Assembly: GCA_044229245.1 (NCBI GenBank)
Contig: JBGATI010000002.1
Coordinates: 261,302-325,301, forward strand
Reading direction: 5' to 3'
From: Gemmatimonadales bacterium
GTDB taxonomy: Bacteria > Gemmatimonadota > Gemmatimonadetes > Gemmatimonadales > GWC2-71-9
DNA length: 64,000 nt
Shown piece after piece: positions 8,871 to 16,280 of the stretch. Position 1 is the first letter of the stretch, and each line of letters starts with the position of its first letter. The translations under genes were made by a program, and so were the position numbers. Below the pieces are notes generated by a model. That model saw only the letters and a list, made by a program, of their open reading frames with translations, had not been told where the DNA came from and made no database searches.

Positions 8871-9758
8871 CTAGTTGTCGTTTAGACCCTGTGGGGCACG
8901 AGTCTGCAAACGCCGCTTCCAGCTAGCCTCGATCGCGGAGATGTCACCGGGGTCGAGATCCGGAGAGACGAGTTGGAGGATCGTGAAAGTGAAGTGCTTT
9001 GGATCGCGCTGCCGCAGCAATCTATTACCGCCATGGCCACTCTTGGCGTAGTTCAGCCATCTTCCTAGCAGGTTGTCCTTTCCGGCCGCCGATCCGACGT
9101 AACGCTTTCCATCAGACTCATCGAGGATGTGGTACACCCCACGCCATTGAGAGAGTGTGTCCCTCCATCGCATGGGGAGAAGCTTCAGGTGATCCCAGGT
9201 GAGTGAAATCTCTTGCCACCCTGGCACACCTTGCTCGAGCGCACTATCCTCCAAAATGCTGAGCACCGGCATCTCATTGCGGTGGGCACGACGCCACCAG
9301 GAACGCTCCGGCGGAGGCCACCCGACAGTAAGCTTTCCCTTCCAGTTGGAATAGAAGTCAACAGGCGTAAGCTCAAACCAAAGAAGAGACGATCGCCCGG
9401 GGCTCTTCGTGAACCCCTCCATTCCCAATGTCCTCAGCTCCCGATGAGCTGGAAGCCTCCAGTACTGAGCATGTGTCATGGGCCGTGCCCGGCCAATCTC
9501 GTACAGGCCCACGAACAGCGCTTGACCCGGACGGCGACCCAGAAACGAGGCCAAATAGCCGGTCCGTGTCATCCGATACATCGCGCGCTCAAGCTGTTCG
9601 CCATGGGACTGCTGGTAGGTGTTATACAGGTCAGGCCTCGCGCTCGCGAGCCATGGCATCACCCGGTTCAATTTGCGTTCGTGAGGTCGGTGACGGAGCA
9701 CCAGGACTGACTCGGGGGCAATGCTCTCTCCGCGAAGAAGGTCGTTCAGCTCTAGCAT
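8871..9758 (-). CDS. GIY-YIG nuclease domain protein with uncharacterised ~200-aa N-terminal domain
   Basis: C-terminal WRGVYHILDESDGKRYVGSA...LLGRWLNY...IEASWKRRL gives the GIY, YIG, Arg and Glu motifs. Start moved to ATG 9758 because the longer track ORF runs through repeat E9. Confidence 0.75.
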   Translation of the reverse strand: MLELNDLLRGESIAPESVLVLRHRPHERKLNRVMPWLASARPDLYNTYQQSHGEQLERAMYRMTRTGYLASFLGRRPGQALFVGLYEIGRARPMTHAQYWRLPAHRELRTLGMEGFTKSPGRSSLLWFELTPVDFYSNWKGKLTVGWPPPERSWWRRAHRNEMPVLSILEDSALEQGVPGWQEISLTWDHLKLLPMRWRDTLSQWRGVYHILDESDGKRYVGSAAGKDNLLGRWLNYAKSGHGGNRLLRQRDPKHFTFTILQLVSPDLDPGDISAIEASWKRRLQTRAPQGLNDN

Positions 9759-9781
9759 GACGTGTCTCGGGTAAGAGTGTA

Positions 9782-9908
9782 ACCTCACATCGGCATAAGA
9801 ATCAGGGCCGAAGCTAGTACTCGCGACTGAGGGCGAATCCTCCAGATGATGCAAAACCCTTGGACAAGCCGATGGACGCGCCCCGCCGACACTATTCGGT
9901 TGTGAGAT
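9782..9908 (-). repeat. attC-like imperfect palindrome E9 (127 bp)
   Basis: In gene orientation: CCATCTCACAAC-CGAATAGT-GTCGGCGGGGCGCGTCCATCGG...GCTTCGGCCCTGAT-TCTTATGCC-GATGTGAGGT. Same box order and length as E13, E14 and E15. Confidence 0.5.
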
Positions 9909-10092
9909 GGAAGATTGGTCAGCCTGAGAGGCCAAGCTCATGGACAATGGCCCTCGCGAAGGGAGCCAGGTCGCGGCAATACCTCTGTGCCGCTGAATGT
10001 ACGCGAACCATGTGAGTTTGCAGGTACTTCAGTGTCACCACCGGCACGAGAGCCTGATGATGCTCGTAATCCCCTGGTACCGCGGCAAGAAG

Positions 10093-10740
10093 TCAGTCCA
10101 CATCTCGCAGTTCAGGCTCTGAAGAAGACAGCTTGTATAACATCAGCTGACCATCGAAGACCACAAGCGGAAGGAACACCGCTGCAGATGGGTGAGGCGG
10201 GGAGGAACTACGGCTTGCGGTTGTACGAGCCTTGTCCAGACTCCGTACGGCAGAGCACGCCTGCATCATCGCCGAGTGTGGAGAGGTCGGAGCGTTCTCA
10301 TCCCTGGTTCCGAATGCCTGAACAAGCCCTCCAACGCGGGGAGCAGCCTCCGGGACGATCTCCGGGAAAGGAATATGGTTGAGATTCCCTCCAGCTATTG
10401 CGTGACGCGCCATCTCGCCCATGTACAAGCCGTAGTGCCCGTTCTGGCCGTACTCATTGCCGGAGTGGAAGCCAACCCAGGGCTTGTCGATGCCCGACTT
10501 GCACTCGATAAGGAAGCCGAAGCCAACCGATTCGCCTGCAGGAGTGTGGACCCACGTCAGCGCCGAAACGTCGAGCTCGCGCGGCTTTGCGGTCTGCGAG
10601 TCGGTATACCAAGAGCTATAGGAAACACTCCAACCAGCCTCCTCACAGGCGCGGCCCGTCCGGAGTTCCAGCGGGTAGCCCGTCTTGTCGAGCCACTCGA
10701 GAACCTTCGACGATGGAACTGGAGTCATGGCATCCCTCAT
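10093..10740 (-). CDS. PD-(D/E)xK (restriction-endonuclease-like) fold protein
   Basis: PRELDVSAL ... FGFLIECKSG fits a D...ExK nuclease core. No closer family recognised. Confidence 0.55.
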   Translation of the reverse strand: MRDAMTPVPSSKVLEWLDKTGYPLELRTGRACEEAGWSVSYSSWYTDSQTAKPRELDVSALTWVHTPAGESVGFGFLIECKSGIDKPWVGFHSGNEYGQNGHYGLYMGEMARHAIAGGNLNHIPFPEIVPEAAPRVGGLVQAFGTRDENAPTSPHSAMMQACSAVRSLDKARTTASRSSSPPHPSAAVFLPLVVFDGQLMLYKLSSSEPELRDVD

Positions 10741-10807
10741 TGCCGTCTAACGACTCGTCATAAGCTTCGAGTCGCAATCCATCCTGCCAAGCCGGGGCTT
10801 TGGCAGC

Positions 10808-11830
10808 CTAGTTCCCCGCCGCCGGTAACGAATCGACATGCGCCAGGAACGCTCTCGTCACCGCGAACATTGCCGCCGGGTTGTCCCACGTCGTCACATG
10901 CGCCGCGCCGGGGATGATCTCGACCTTGGCACCGGGCGTGAGTGAGGCGAAGTGCTGGATGGTCGCGGGATTGGCCTCGTCGAACTCCCCTACTGTGTAG
11001 AGCAGCGGCACCTTGACCTGCGGCAGGAACGGCGTCGCGTCATAGTGCTTGAGCGTCCCGACGATCGTGAACTCGCTGGGGCCCTGCATGTAGTTGTAGA
11101 TCCGTTCGTTCACCGTCTGCATCAGGCTGTCGAGCTCGACCTGTACGGGGTGACGCCAGACGTAGCGGCTGTAGAACTCGCCGAGTGCGGCCTGGTAGGC
11201 CGGCGTGGTGGTGTTGCCGCTCTTCTCGGCCTCACGGATGGCGCGCTGGGCCGAGTCGGGCAGGGTGGTGATCAGCTCGCGGGCGTGGCGTTCCCAGGCG
11301 GGGATGTCGAGCGCGGCGCTGCCGAGGATCAGGCCGGCCACGTGATCGGGGTGGGCGCGGTAGTACTCGAGGGCGAGGATGGTCCCCCAGGAGTGGCCGA
11401 GCAGGTAGACCCGGTCGGTCGCGAGCGCTCGGCGCACCGAGTCGAGTTCCGCGACGAAGTGCGGGATGTTGAAGACCGTGGTATCGGTGATGCGGGTCGA
11501 CTTGCCGCCGCCGAGCTGGTCGTAGCGGATCGTCGGGCGATCGAGGCCGAGCGAGTCGAGTACGCGGAGGTAGAAGCTCGAGTACCCCGGGCCGCCGTGG
11601 AGGAGGATCACGGGTGTCGCCGTGCCGCCGCCCGAGACCCGATACCAGAGGCGCCCACCGGGCACATCGAGGAAGCCTTCGCGTGCGGTGAGCGTCGTGG
11701 GGCTGGGGGCCGCGGCGACGGGTGACGCCTTGGGGCGGTCGGTGCAGGCGGCGAGGAGGAGCAGGGCGGCGAAGACTGAGCTTCCCGATGTTCGCGCCTT
11801 TGACACCGCTATGCGGATGTTAGGATGCAT
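10808..11830 (-). CDS. prolyl aminopeptidase / alpha-beta hydrolase (possible lipoprotein)
   Basis: VILLHGGPGYSS and LLGHSWGT motifs; host-like high GC. The start is uncertain. ATG 11830 or 11854 gives a lipobox LLLLAAC but overlaps the PIN-like stop and repeat E11. An internal GTG (DVPGG) start is also possible. Confidence 0.8.
   Translation of the reverse strand: MHPNIRIAVSKARTSGSSVFAALLLLAACTDRPKASPVAAAPSPTTLTAREGFLDVPGGRLWYRVSGGGTATPVILLHGGPGYSSFYLRVLDSLGLDRPTIRYDQLGGGKSTRITDTTVFNIPHFVAELDSVRRALATDRVYLLGHSWGTILALEYYRAHPDHVAGLILGSAALDIPAWERHARELITTLPDSAQRAIREAEKSGNTTTPAYQAALGEFYSRYVWRHPVQVELDSLMQTVNERIYNYMQGPSEFTIVGTLKHYDATPFLPQVKVPLLYTVGEFDEANPATIQHFASLTPGAKVEIIPGAAHVTTWDNPAAMFAVTRAFLAHVDSLPAAGN
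11701..11826 (-). repeat. degenerate attC-like element E11, overlapping the iminopeptidase 5' end
   Basis: In gene orientation: TCCTAAC-ATCCGCATAGCG-GTGTCAAAGGCGCG ... CGCCGCGGCCCCCAGCC. The left arm shares the 11-mer GGGCCGCGGCG with E14 and E15. Confidence 0.4.
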
Positions 11831-13043
11831 CAGAATCCCAGATCGCATCCACATAAGTCACACTGTCGAGGGCTGGGGATTTGAGGTGGCCCGTCGTCGT
11901 AACTGAGACAGACCATGTAACGTCCACATTCCCCGTCCCGCTGGCGACCGTCTGGTCGAGTTGAAAGGAGTTCATCGACGGGGCGAAAATCGATGGATCA
12001 AAGCTGCTTTTCGCTAGATCCATGCCTTCGGGAAACTTATACAGAGAACTTAAGTTGAGTGTTGCCTTAGACAGGGGCGGGGTCTCTGCTTGGATCGAGG
12101 AGCTTAGAAGGTTCTGCCGAAGCAGGCCCCACGTTCCCATTGACGGACTCTTTTGCGCGACAATGCCGGCATTGAAGCGAGTCAAGAGTGTGATCTTTTG
12201 CCCTTGCTTCCTTACAAAGCGGGGCGGATTAATCGTCCACTTGCCGATGCTGAACTTGTCTGCTCCTTGCGGCAATGTGACAGGTGCGTTGTCGAGTGCA
12301 GCTCGGAGAGCTTGGCCCAGGCCCCACTTGTAGTAGAGTGTATCCTTGTCGCCTGTTAGGAAGAATAGTCTGCCTGCGCGAATGAGAATCTGTCCTATGA
12401 ACGCCTCATCGGCGGTCGATGCAAGTGTATTTATCAGGCCTTTCAGGGAATCAATCGAGTCAAGAACATGAACATTTGTTGCGTTTGAGACGCGCTCCGA
12501 CACCGCGGTCTGAAGGAGCTCGTCGGCTGACACGATCGCAAGACGACACGTTGAAGGAGACGCTGGCGAGGTGGCGATCAGCTGCGCGAACGCTTCAAGT
12601 ACCAACGCATCCCGAAAGCCCTTCTCCTTCTCACCAGAGCTAAATGGCGGACGACGGAACGCCGCATCGCTGGCGAGACGCTTCCAATCTACCTGGCTGG
12701 CATCCAACTGAAGAAGTTCCAGGCCATGATCTGAAATCTGTCTTGCTATTGCCTCATTTACGCGCGTATCTAGGATGTCCGTCGTGATGTTGAGCTTGTG
12801 GCCAAGGAGGCGCTCGAGCTTGGCTACGGGATCGAGGAAGCGGCGCGCTTCTGTGAGCATCTGGAAGTGGCGTTCATCGCGGACTGTCTGAGGGATCATC
12901 CAGTGTATGCGGAGATCCGGTAGGCCCTTGTGCTCTGCTATGAGGTCGGCAATCTCCTTACGAATAAAGTAGCTCGCTGAGCCGGTATAAAGAGCGTTGG
13001 TGTCCAAGACTACTTTGAGGTCGCGACTCTTCGGCTTCGGCAT
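11820..13043 (-). CDS. PIN-like (DUF4935-type) predicted RNase with ~200-aa unknown C-terminal domain
   Basis: VVLDTNALY at the N-terminus, then GFRDALVLEAF and LAIVSADELL, fit the PIN acidic residues. The C-terminal half is Ser/Thr-rich and beta-like with no recognisable motif. Confidence 0.65.
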   Translation of the reverse strand: MPKPKSRDLKVVLDTNALYTGSASYFIRKEIADLIAEHKGLPDLRIHWMIPQTVRDERHFQMLTEARRFLDPVAKLERLLGHKLNITTDILDTRVNEAIARQISDHGLELLQLDASQVDWKRLASDAAFRRPPFSSGEKEKGFRDALVLEAFAQLIATSPASPSTCRLAIVSADELLQTAVSERVSNATNVHVLDSIDSLKGLINTLASTADEAFIGQILIRAGRLFFLTGDKDTLYYKWGLGQALRAALDNAPVTLPQGADKFSIGKWTINPPRFVRKQGQKITLLTRFNAGIVAQKSPSMGTWGLLRQNLLSSSIQAETPPLSKATLNLSSLYKFPEGMDLAKSSFDPSIFAPSMNSFQLDQTVASGTGNVDVTWSVSVTTTGHLKSPALDSVTYVDAIWDSDAS

Positions 13044-13063
13044 AGGCCAGTAGGTTATAGGTA

Positions 13064-13191
13064 GGTCTGTTACCCCGAAGGTGTTTCAGGGCGACGGCCA
13101 GATCAGTCCAGTATGAGGTACGACTGCGGGCGGTACAAGCCCTACCACAAACCGATCGCGGCGCCCTGTCAACGTCGTGCGATTGTCAGCC
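13064..13191 (-). repeat. attC-like imperfect palindrome E13 (128 bp)
   Basis: In gene orientation: GGCTGACAAT-CGCACGAC-GTTGACAGGGCGCCGCGATCGG...GGCCGTCGCCCTGAAAC-ACCTTCGG-GGTAACAGACC. It begins 4 nt after the Abi_C stop and ends 20 nt before the PIN-like ATG. Confidence 0.55.
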
Positions 13192-13195
13192 AGCT

Positions 13196-14044
13196 TCACT
13201 TCTCTGAACGCTTATCCCAGCTCTCGATAACAAAGATTGCGAGGCTATGCGCCGCGTTGACCACGACCCTAGCGTGTCTCGGCTCAAGCTTGTACCTCGG
13301 CCGACCACGGCCATGAGCCGAGCCGGTGTGAGTGCGGAAGCTTCCCAAACCCTGAACGATCGAGGTGAGGCCACCGAGCACCTTCTTCAGGTCATCGTCC
13401 TCGACCGCCTTCGGATCAAAGCCCAACTGGCTCTGAACCACCTTCCAGAGCGGGTTGATTGATTGATCTGTCGGCAGCTCGAGTTTCTCATCGGAGATAT
13501 AGACTTTGAAGAGTGCCTCGAGGATAGAGCAGGCTGCTGTAACTGCCGCACCAGGATCGCCGGTGACGCCGGCTAAGGCTCGCTCGAATTCGTCGTTGAC
13601 CCCGCCGAGATCCCTATCGCGAATCAAGTCCTCGAGTTGGCGAGCCGGGACGGCCGTGCTCCGCGAGACAATCTTGCCCCCGCGCATGTACTCAAAGCCG
13701 TTCTCTCCCAGGATTCGAGTGATCCGGGCTTTGGCCTTCTGGTGTCCTTCGTTGTCAAAGTTTCGTGGCATGTCCGTGTCCATGATATCTTCAAGGACGC
13801 GGCCCAGGACTTTCTGCCCGTTCAAACCAGGAGTGTTGGCCACTCGCCTAAGCCAAGCCGCGGCTTTGGCGGAACACCCCCCCTCCGGTGGGTCCCCCGG
13901 AGCCCCCGACTCTTCGAAAAGAGCTTCGATTGTGGCGTGGTGGAAGTAGTACCGACCTACTATGTCGCCGACAACCGAAGCTATGGCATTGGGGAAGTGT
14001 GGATTCAAGAAGTGCTTCCATTCATGCTGGCTTACGCCCCGCAT
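13196..14044 (-). CDS. Abi_C (abortive infection C-terminus) domain protein
   Basis: C-terminal LGSFRTHTGSAHGRG matches the remembered Abi_C signature (R..x.aHG). The N-terminal half is unassigned. Confidence 0.6.
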   Translation of the reverse strand: MRGVSQHEWKHFLNPHFPNAIASVVGDIVGRYYFHHATIEALFEESGAPGDPPEGGCSAKAAAWLRRVANTPGLNGQKVLGRVLEDIMDTDMPRNFDNEGHQKAKARITRILGENGFEYMRGGKIVSRSTAVPARQLEDLIRDRDLGGVNDEFERALAGVTGDPGAAVTAACSILEALFKVYISDEKLELPTDQSINPLWKVVQSQLGFDPKAVEDDDLKKVLGGLTSIVQGLGSFRTHTGSAHGRGRPRYKLEPRHARVVVNAAHSLAIFVIESWDKRSEK

Positions 14045-14155
14045 AAGTTGCAGGGCCGCGGCGCGCTCACCGCGGTAGGGTATCCCAGAAAAAGTCGTGC
14101 CATTGCCTTCGCTATCCGACGGCCGCGCTCTGCCAACTTCATGCCTTTGTTAGAC
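14029..14155 (-). repeat. attC-like imperfect palindrome E14 (127 bp)
   Basis: In gene orientation: GGTCTAAC-AAAGGCATGAA-GTTGGCAGAGCGCGGCCGTCGG...CGCGCCGCGGCCCTGCAAC-TTATGCGG-GGCGTAAGCC. It overlaps both the putAbiC stop and the Abi_C start. Confidence 0.55.
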
Positions 14156-15170
14156 CGCGCTCATCCGCGCGAAGATAGGCTGGCAATGAACGATCCGTGT
14201 TCTGCCATTCGAAATAGCCAGTTGGGAACAGCTTAGCCGCGTCCAACTCAAGCAGGGAATCGAAGAAGTCTCGTGGAAGATTCTTAACAAGCTTGTACCC
14301 AAGCATGTGCCCATCAGACCACCATACGTAGCCCAATGGGGTCAAAGAGTTCAGGAGAAAGAGAGCTTGCTCGTGTGTCGAGAACTGGGCGCGAACTGTC
14401 CTAACGTATTCATACTTGTCAACAGGCACGTCGGTTTTGTGAACGAACCCGACCAGCTGATATAGATGCCGGTAATAGTGACCAAGCCGAGATTGATGCC
14501 CTTGGAAGGGAATGTAGCGACCAGGCTTGCCATGCTTTCGGAAGAACGCTGCCTCCATTTCCAAGACGCGCGATACGTGTCGAGCCAGTTTGCGCTGATG
14601 ATCATCCAAGGTTGCCTCTACAAGTCGCCCGGAGTGGGCTCCGGCGCCATAGTAGAAGAAGTAATAGCTGATCTGAATTGCGTCGAGCGGAACAATGCGA
14701 ATGTTGTTGCGCCTTGCCTCTGCATGGACAACGCGGAGAATTCTCCGCCATTCCGAGAAAAGCTTAACGAATACAACTCTCCCTAGGCGTTTGCCTACTG
14801 CAATCGTGTCCGCGTTTGAGCGGTGTAGCGCTAGCAGGGTGTTGAACCGCGTCGCAAACCCTTCTGACGAGGCTGTGCGTCTCTGAGCCCTTAGCGTGGC
14901 CACGAGGAGTACGACGCTCACTAAGCCGAAGTATGTGCCAACGTAGCCGCCAACGAACTCGCCAAAGAGCGCCGCACTATTCCGGTCCAGCGTCCACGTT
15001 TCCCTGAAGGCAGGAGGGATGAAGGCAAGGTTAATGACGAGGAGCCCGACGATGAGTATGCCTATTTCGAGCGCGAGCGAGCGCGCTTTACGAAGGGATC
15101 GTGCAAGCCACATGTCGTAGCAGACCATAGTTAGCGAAAAGTAGCGGCAAACAAGATCGGGACCTGACAC
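14139..15170 (-). CDS. putative phage abortive-infection protein (putAbiC-like), N-terminal TM helices
   Basis: Two N-terminal hydrophobic helices followed by FQGHQSRLGHYYRHLYQLVGF, remembered as the putAbiC family signature. The true start may be ATG 15128 or 15110, because GTG 15170 lies inside repeat E15. Confidence 0.6.
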   Translation of the reverse strand: MSGPDLVCRYFSLTMVCYDMWLARSLRKARSLALEIGILIVGLLVINLAFIPPAFRETWTLDRNSAALFGEFVGGYVGTYFGLVSVVLLVATLRAQRRTASSEGFATRFNTLLALHRSNADTIAVGKRLGRVVFVKLFSEWRRILRVVHAEARRNNIRIVPLDAIQISYYFFYYGAGAHSGRLVEATLDDHQRKLARHVSRVLEMEAAFFRKHGKPGRYIPFQGHQSRLGHYYRHLYQLVGFVHKTDVPVDKYEYVRTVRAQFSTHEQALFLLNSLTPLGYVWWSDGHMLGYKLVKNLPRDFFDSLLELDAAKLFPTGYFEWQNTDRSLPAYLRADERGLTKA

Positions 15171-15289
15171 CGCCCATTAGTTGCAGGGCCGCGGCGCGTT
15201 TCACTGCAGTATGGAGTGCTTCAGAAGGTCGAGCCAGCCCCTACACAAACCGACGGCCGCGCCCTTTCAACGTCATGCGGTTGTGAGCC
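15160..15289 (-). repeat. attC-like imperfect palindrome E15 (130 bp)
   Basis: In gene orientation: GGCTCACAAC-CGCATGAC-GTTGAAAGGGCGCGGCCGTCGG...CGCGCCGCGGCCCTGCAAC-TAATGGGC-GGTGTCAGGTCC. The last box is close to the reverse complement of the first. Confidence 0.55.
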
Positions 15290-15305
15290 GACGTGCAAAG
15301 GCGTC

Positions 15306-16184
15306 CTATTCGTCGGTACACCGTGGCACTCCTTCGGTCGTGGCAGGGGCGAGTGAGTGCTGAGCTGGCGGGCCAGCAAAGATGGCGCATGTCAGACCCG
15401 TGGCGGTCAGCGCCGTAGCGGCATGGCCAGATGCGTTCCCATGCGCCAGAGTGAATGTTATGCCTTCGGAGGGATAGAACCGGAGGTCAGACATGCTCGA
15501 TGCGTAGGAATTGTGCTCGGAGAAGTAGGCTTCCTGCGCGACGATATAGTTGCGGAGATCGCTCCTCGCGGCGGCTCGCAGGGATGCGCCGCGGGTGCGC
15601 TCCTGGAGCTTGGCAATGAGCGGTCCGAGATCGTCTATACCAATGACACGCCAGCCTCCGTCGCCCTTCTCGAGCTTCAAGGCGACATCAAAGCTGTCTG
15701 CTCCTGGACGACCAACGCGAATCGTGACCAACGCAAGCCTGCCTTTGGTCTGAGTCTTCAGGATGCCCCTGAAGGCTGAGATGACCGTATCTCTCGAGAC
15801 TTGTTCTGAAGAGGATCCCGCAAACGCAGGAAAGGTGAGAGGTCCGCCCGAGGCGAACGAATTGACACCGGTGGTTATCCCTCGAACTAGCATCGGCTTC
15901 ATTGAAGTTACCATGGCACCGCCAAGAGCAGTCCCGAGTGCCTCAAACCCCGAGTTACTGCTCGTGCTCATTGACTGGGCGAGTGAGGCATCAACAAACT
16001 GATCGACTGCGGCAGCCACTGTTCGCTGGACATCCATCCGGGCCTCGACTCCGAGCTTGTCTCCCTTCTTGAACGCTTCTCCCAGTTCACGAACAGCATC
16101 GTCTGGCCCAGATGCACAGCCGGCGGCAAGTATTAGCGCGGTGATTGGAGCGAGCCAACTGGCGTTAGTGCCGAGAGGGGGCAT
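15306..16184 (-). CDS. lipoprotein with C-terminal type IV pilin-like segment
   Basis: AGGAG lies before the ATG. Lipobox ILAAGC. AARSDLRNYIVAQEAYFSEHNSYASSMSDL resembles the pilin globular-domain start. Confidence 0.55.
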   Translation of the reverse strand: MPPLGTNASWLAPITALILAAGCASGPDDAVRELGEAFKKGDKLGVEARMDVQRTVAAAVDQFVDASLAQSMSTSSNSGFEALGTALGGAMVTSMKPMLVRGITTGVNSFASGGPLTFPAFAGSSSEQVSRDTVISAFRGILKTQTKGRLALVTIRVGRPGADSFDVALKLEKGDGGWRVIGIDDLGPLIAKLQERTRGASLRAAARSDLRNYIVAQEAYFSEHNSYASSMSDLRFYPSEGITFTLAHGNASGHAATALTATGLTCAIFAGPPAQHSLAPATTEGVPRCTDE

Positions 16185-16280
16185 TCAATGCTCCTGCTAG
16201 GGTCACGAAAGTACACGACGTCGGCTAACGCAGATTCGCAGTCCGCACATCGCACATAGTCACTTCTTGCTCTTCATCTC

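Larger units (their letters stand above)
6180..16230. mobile_element. lower-GC accessory/defence island (CBASS plus cassette-like array); no integrase, transposase or tRNA seen
   Basis: The sequence shifts by eye from about 70% GC to clearly AT-richer between ~6180 and ~16230, except for the iminopeptidase gene. A pseudogene fragment flanks the left edge. Content is dominated by defence-type genes. Confidence 0.6.
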
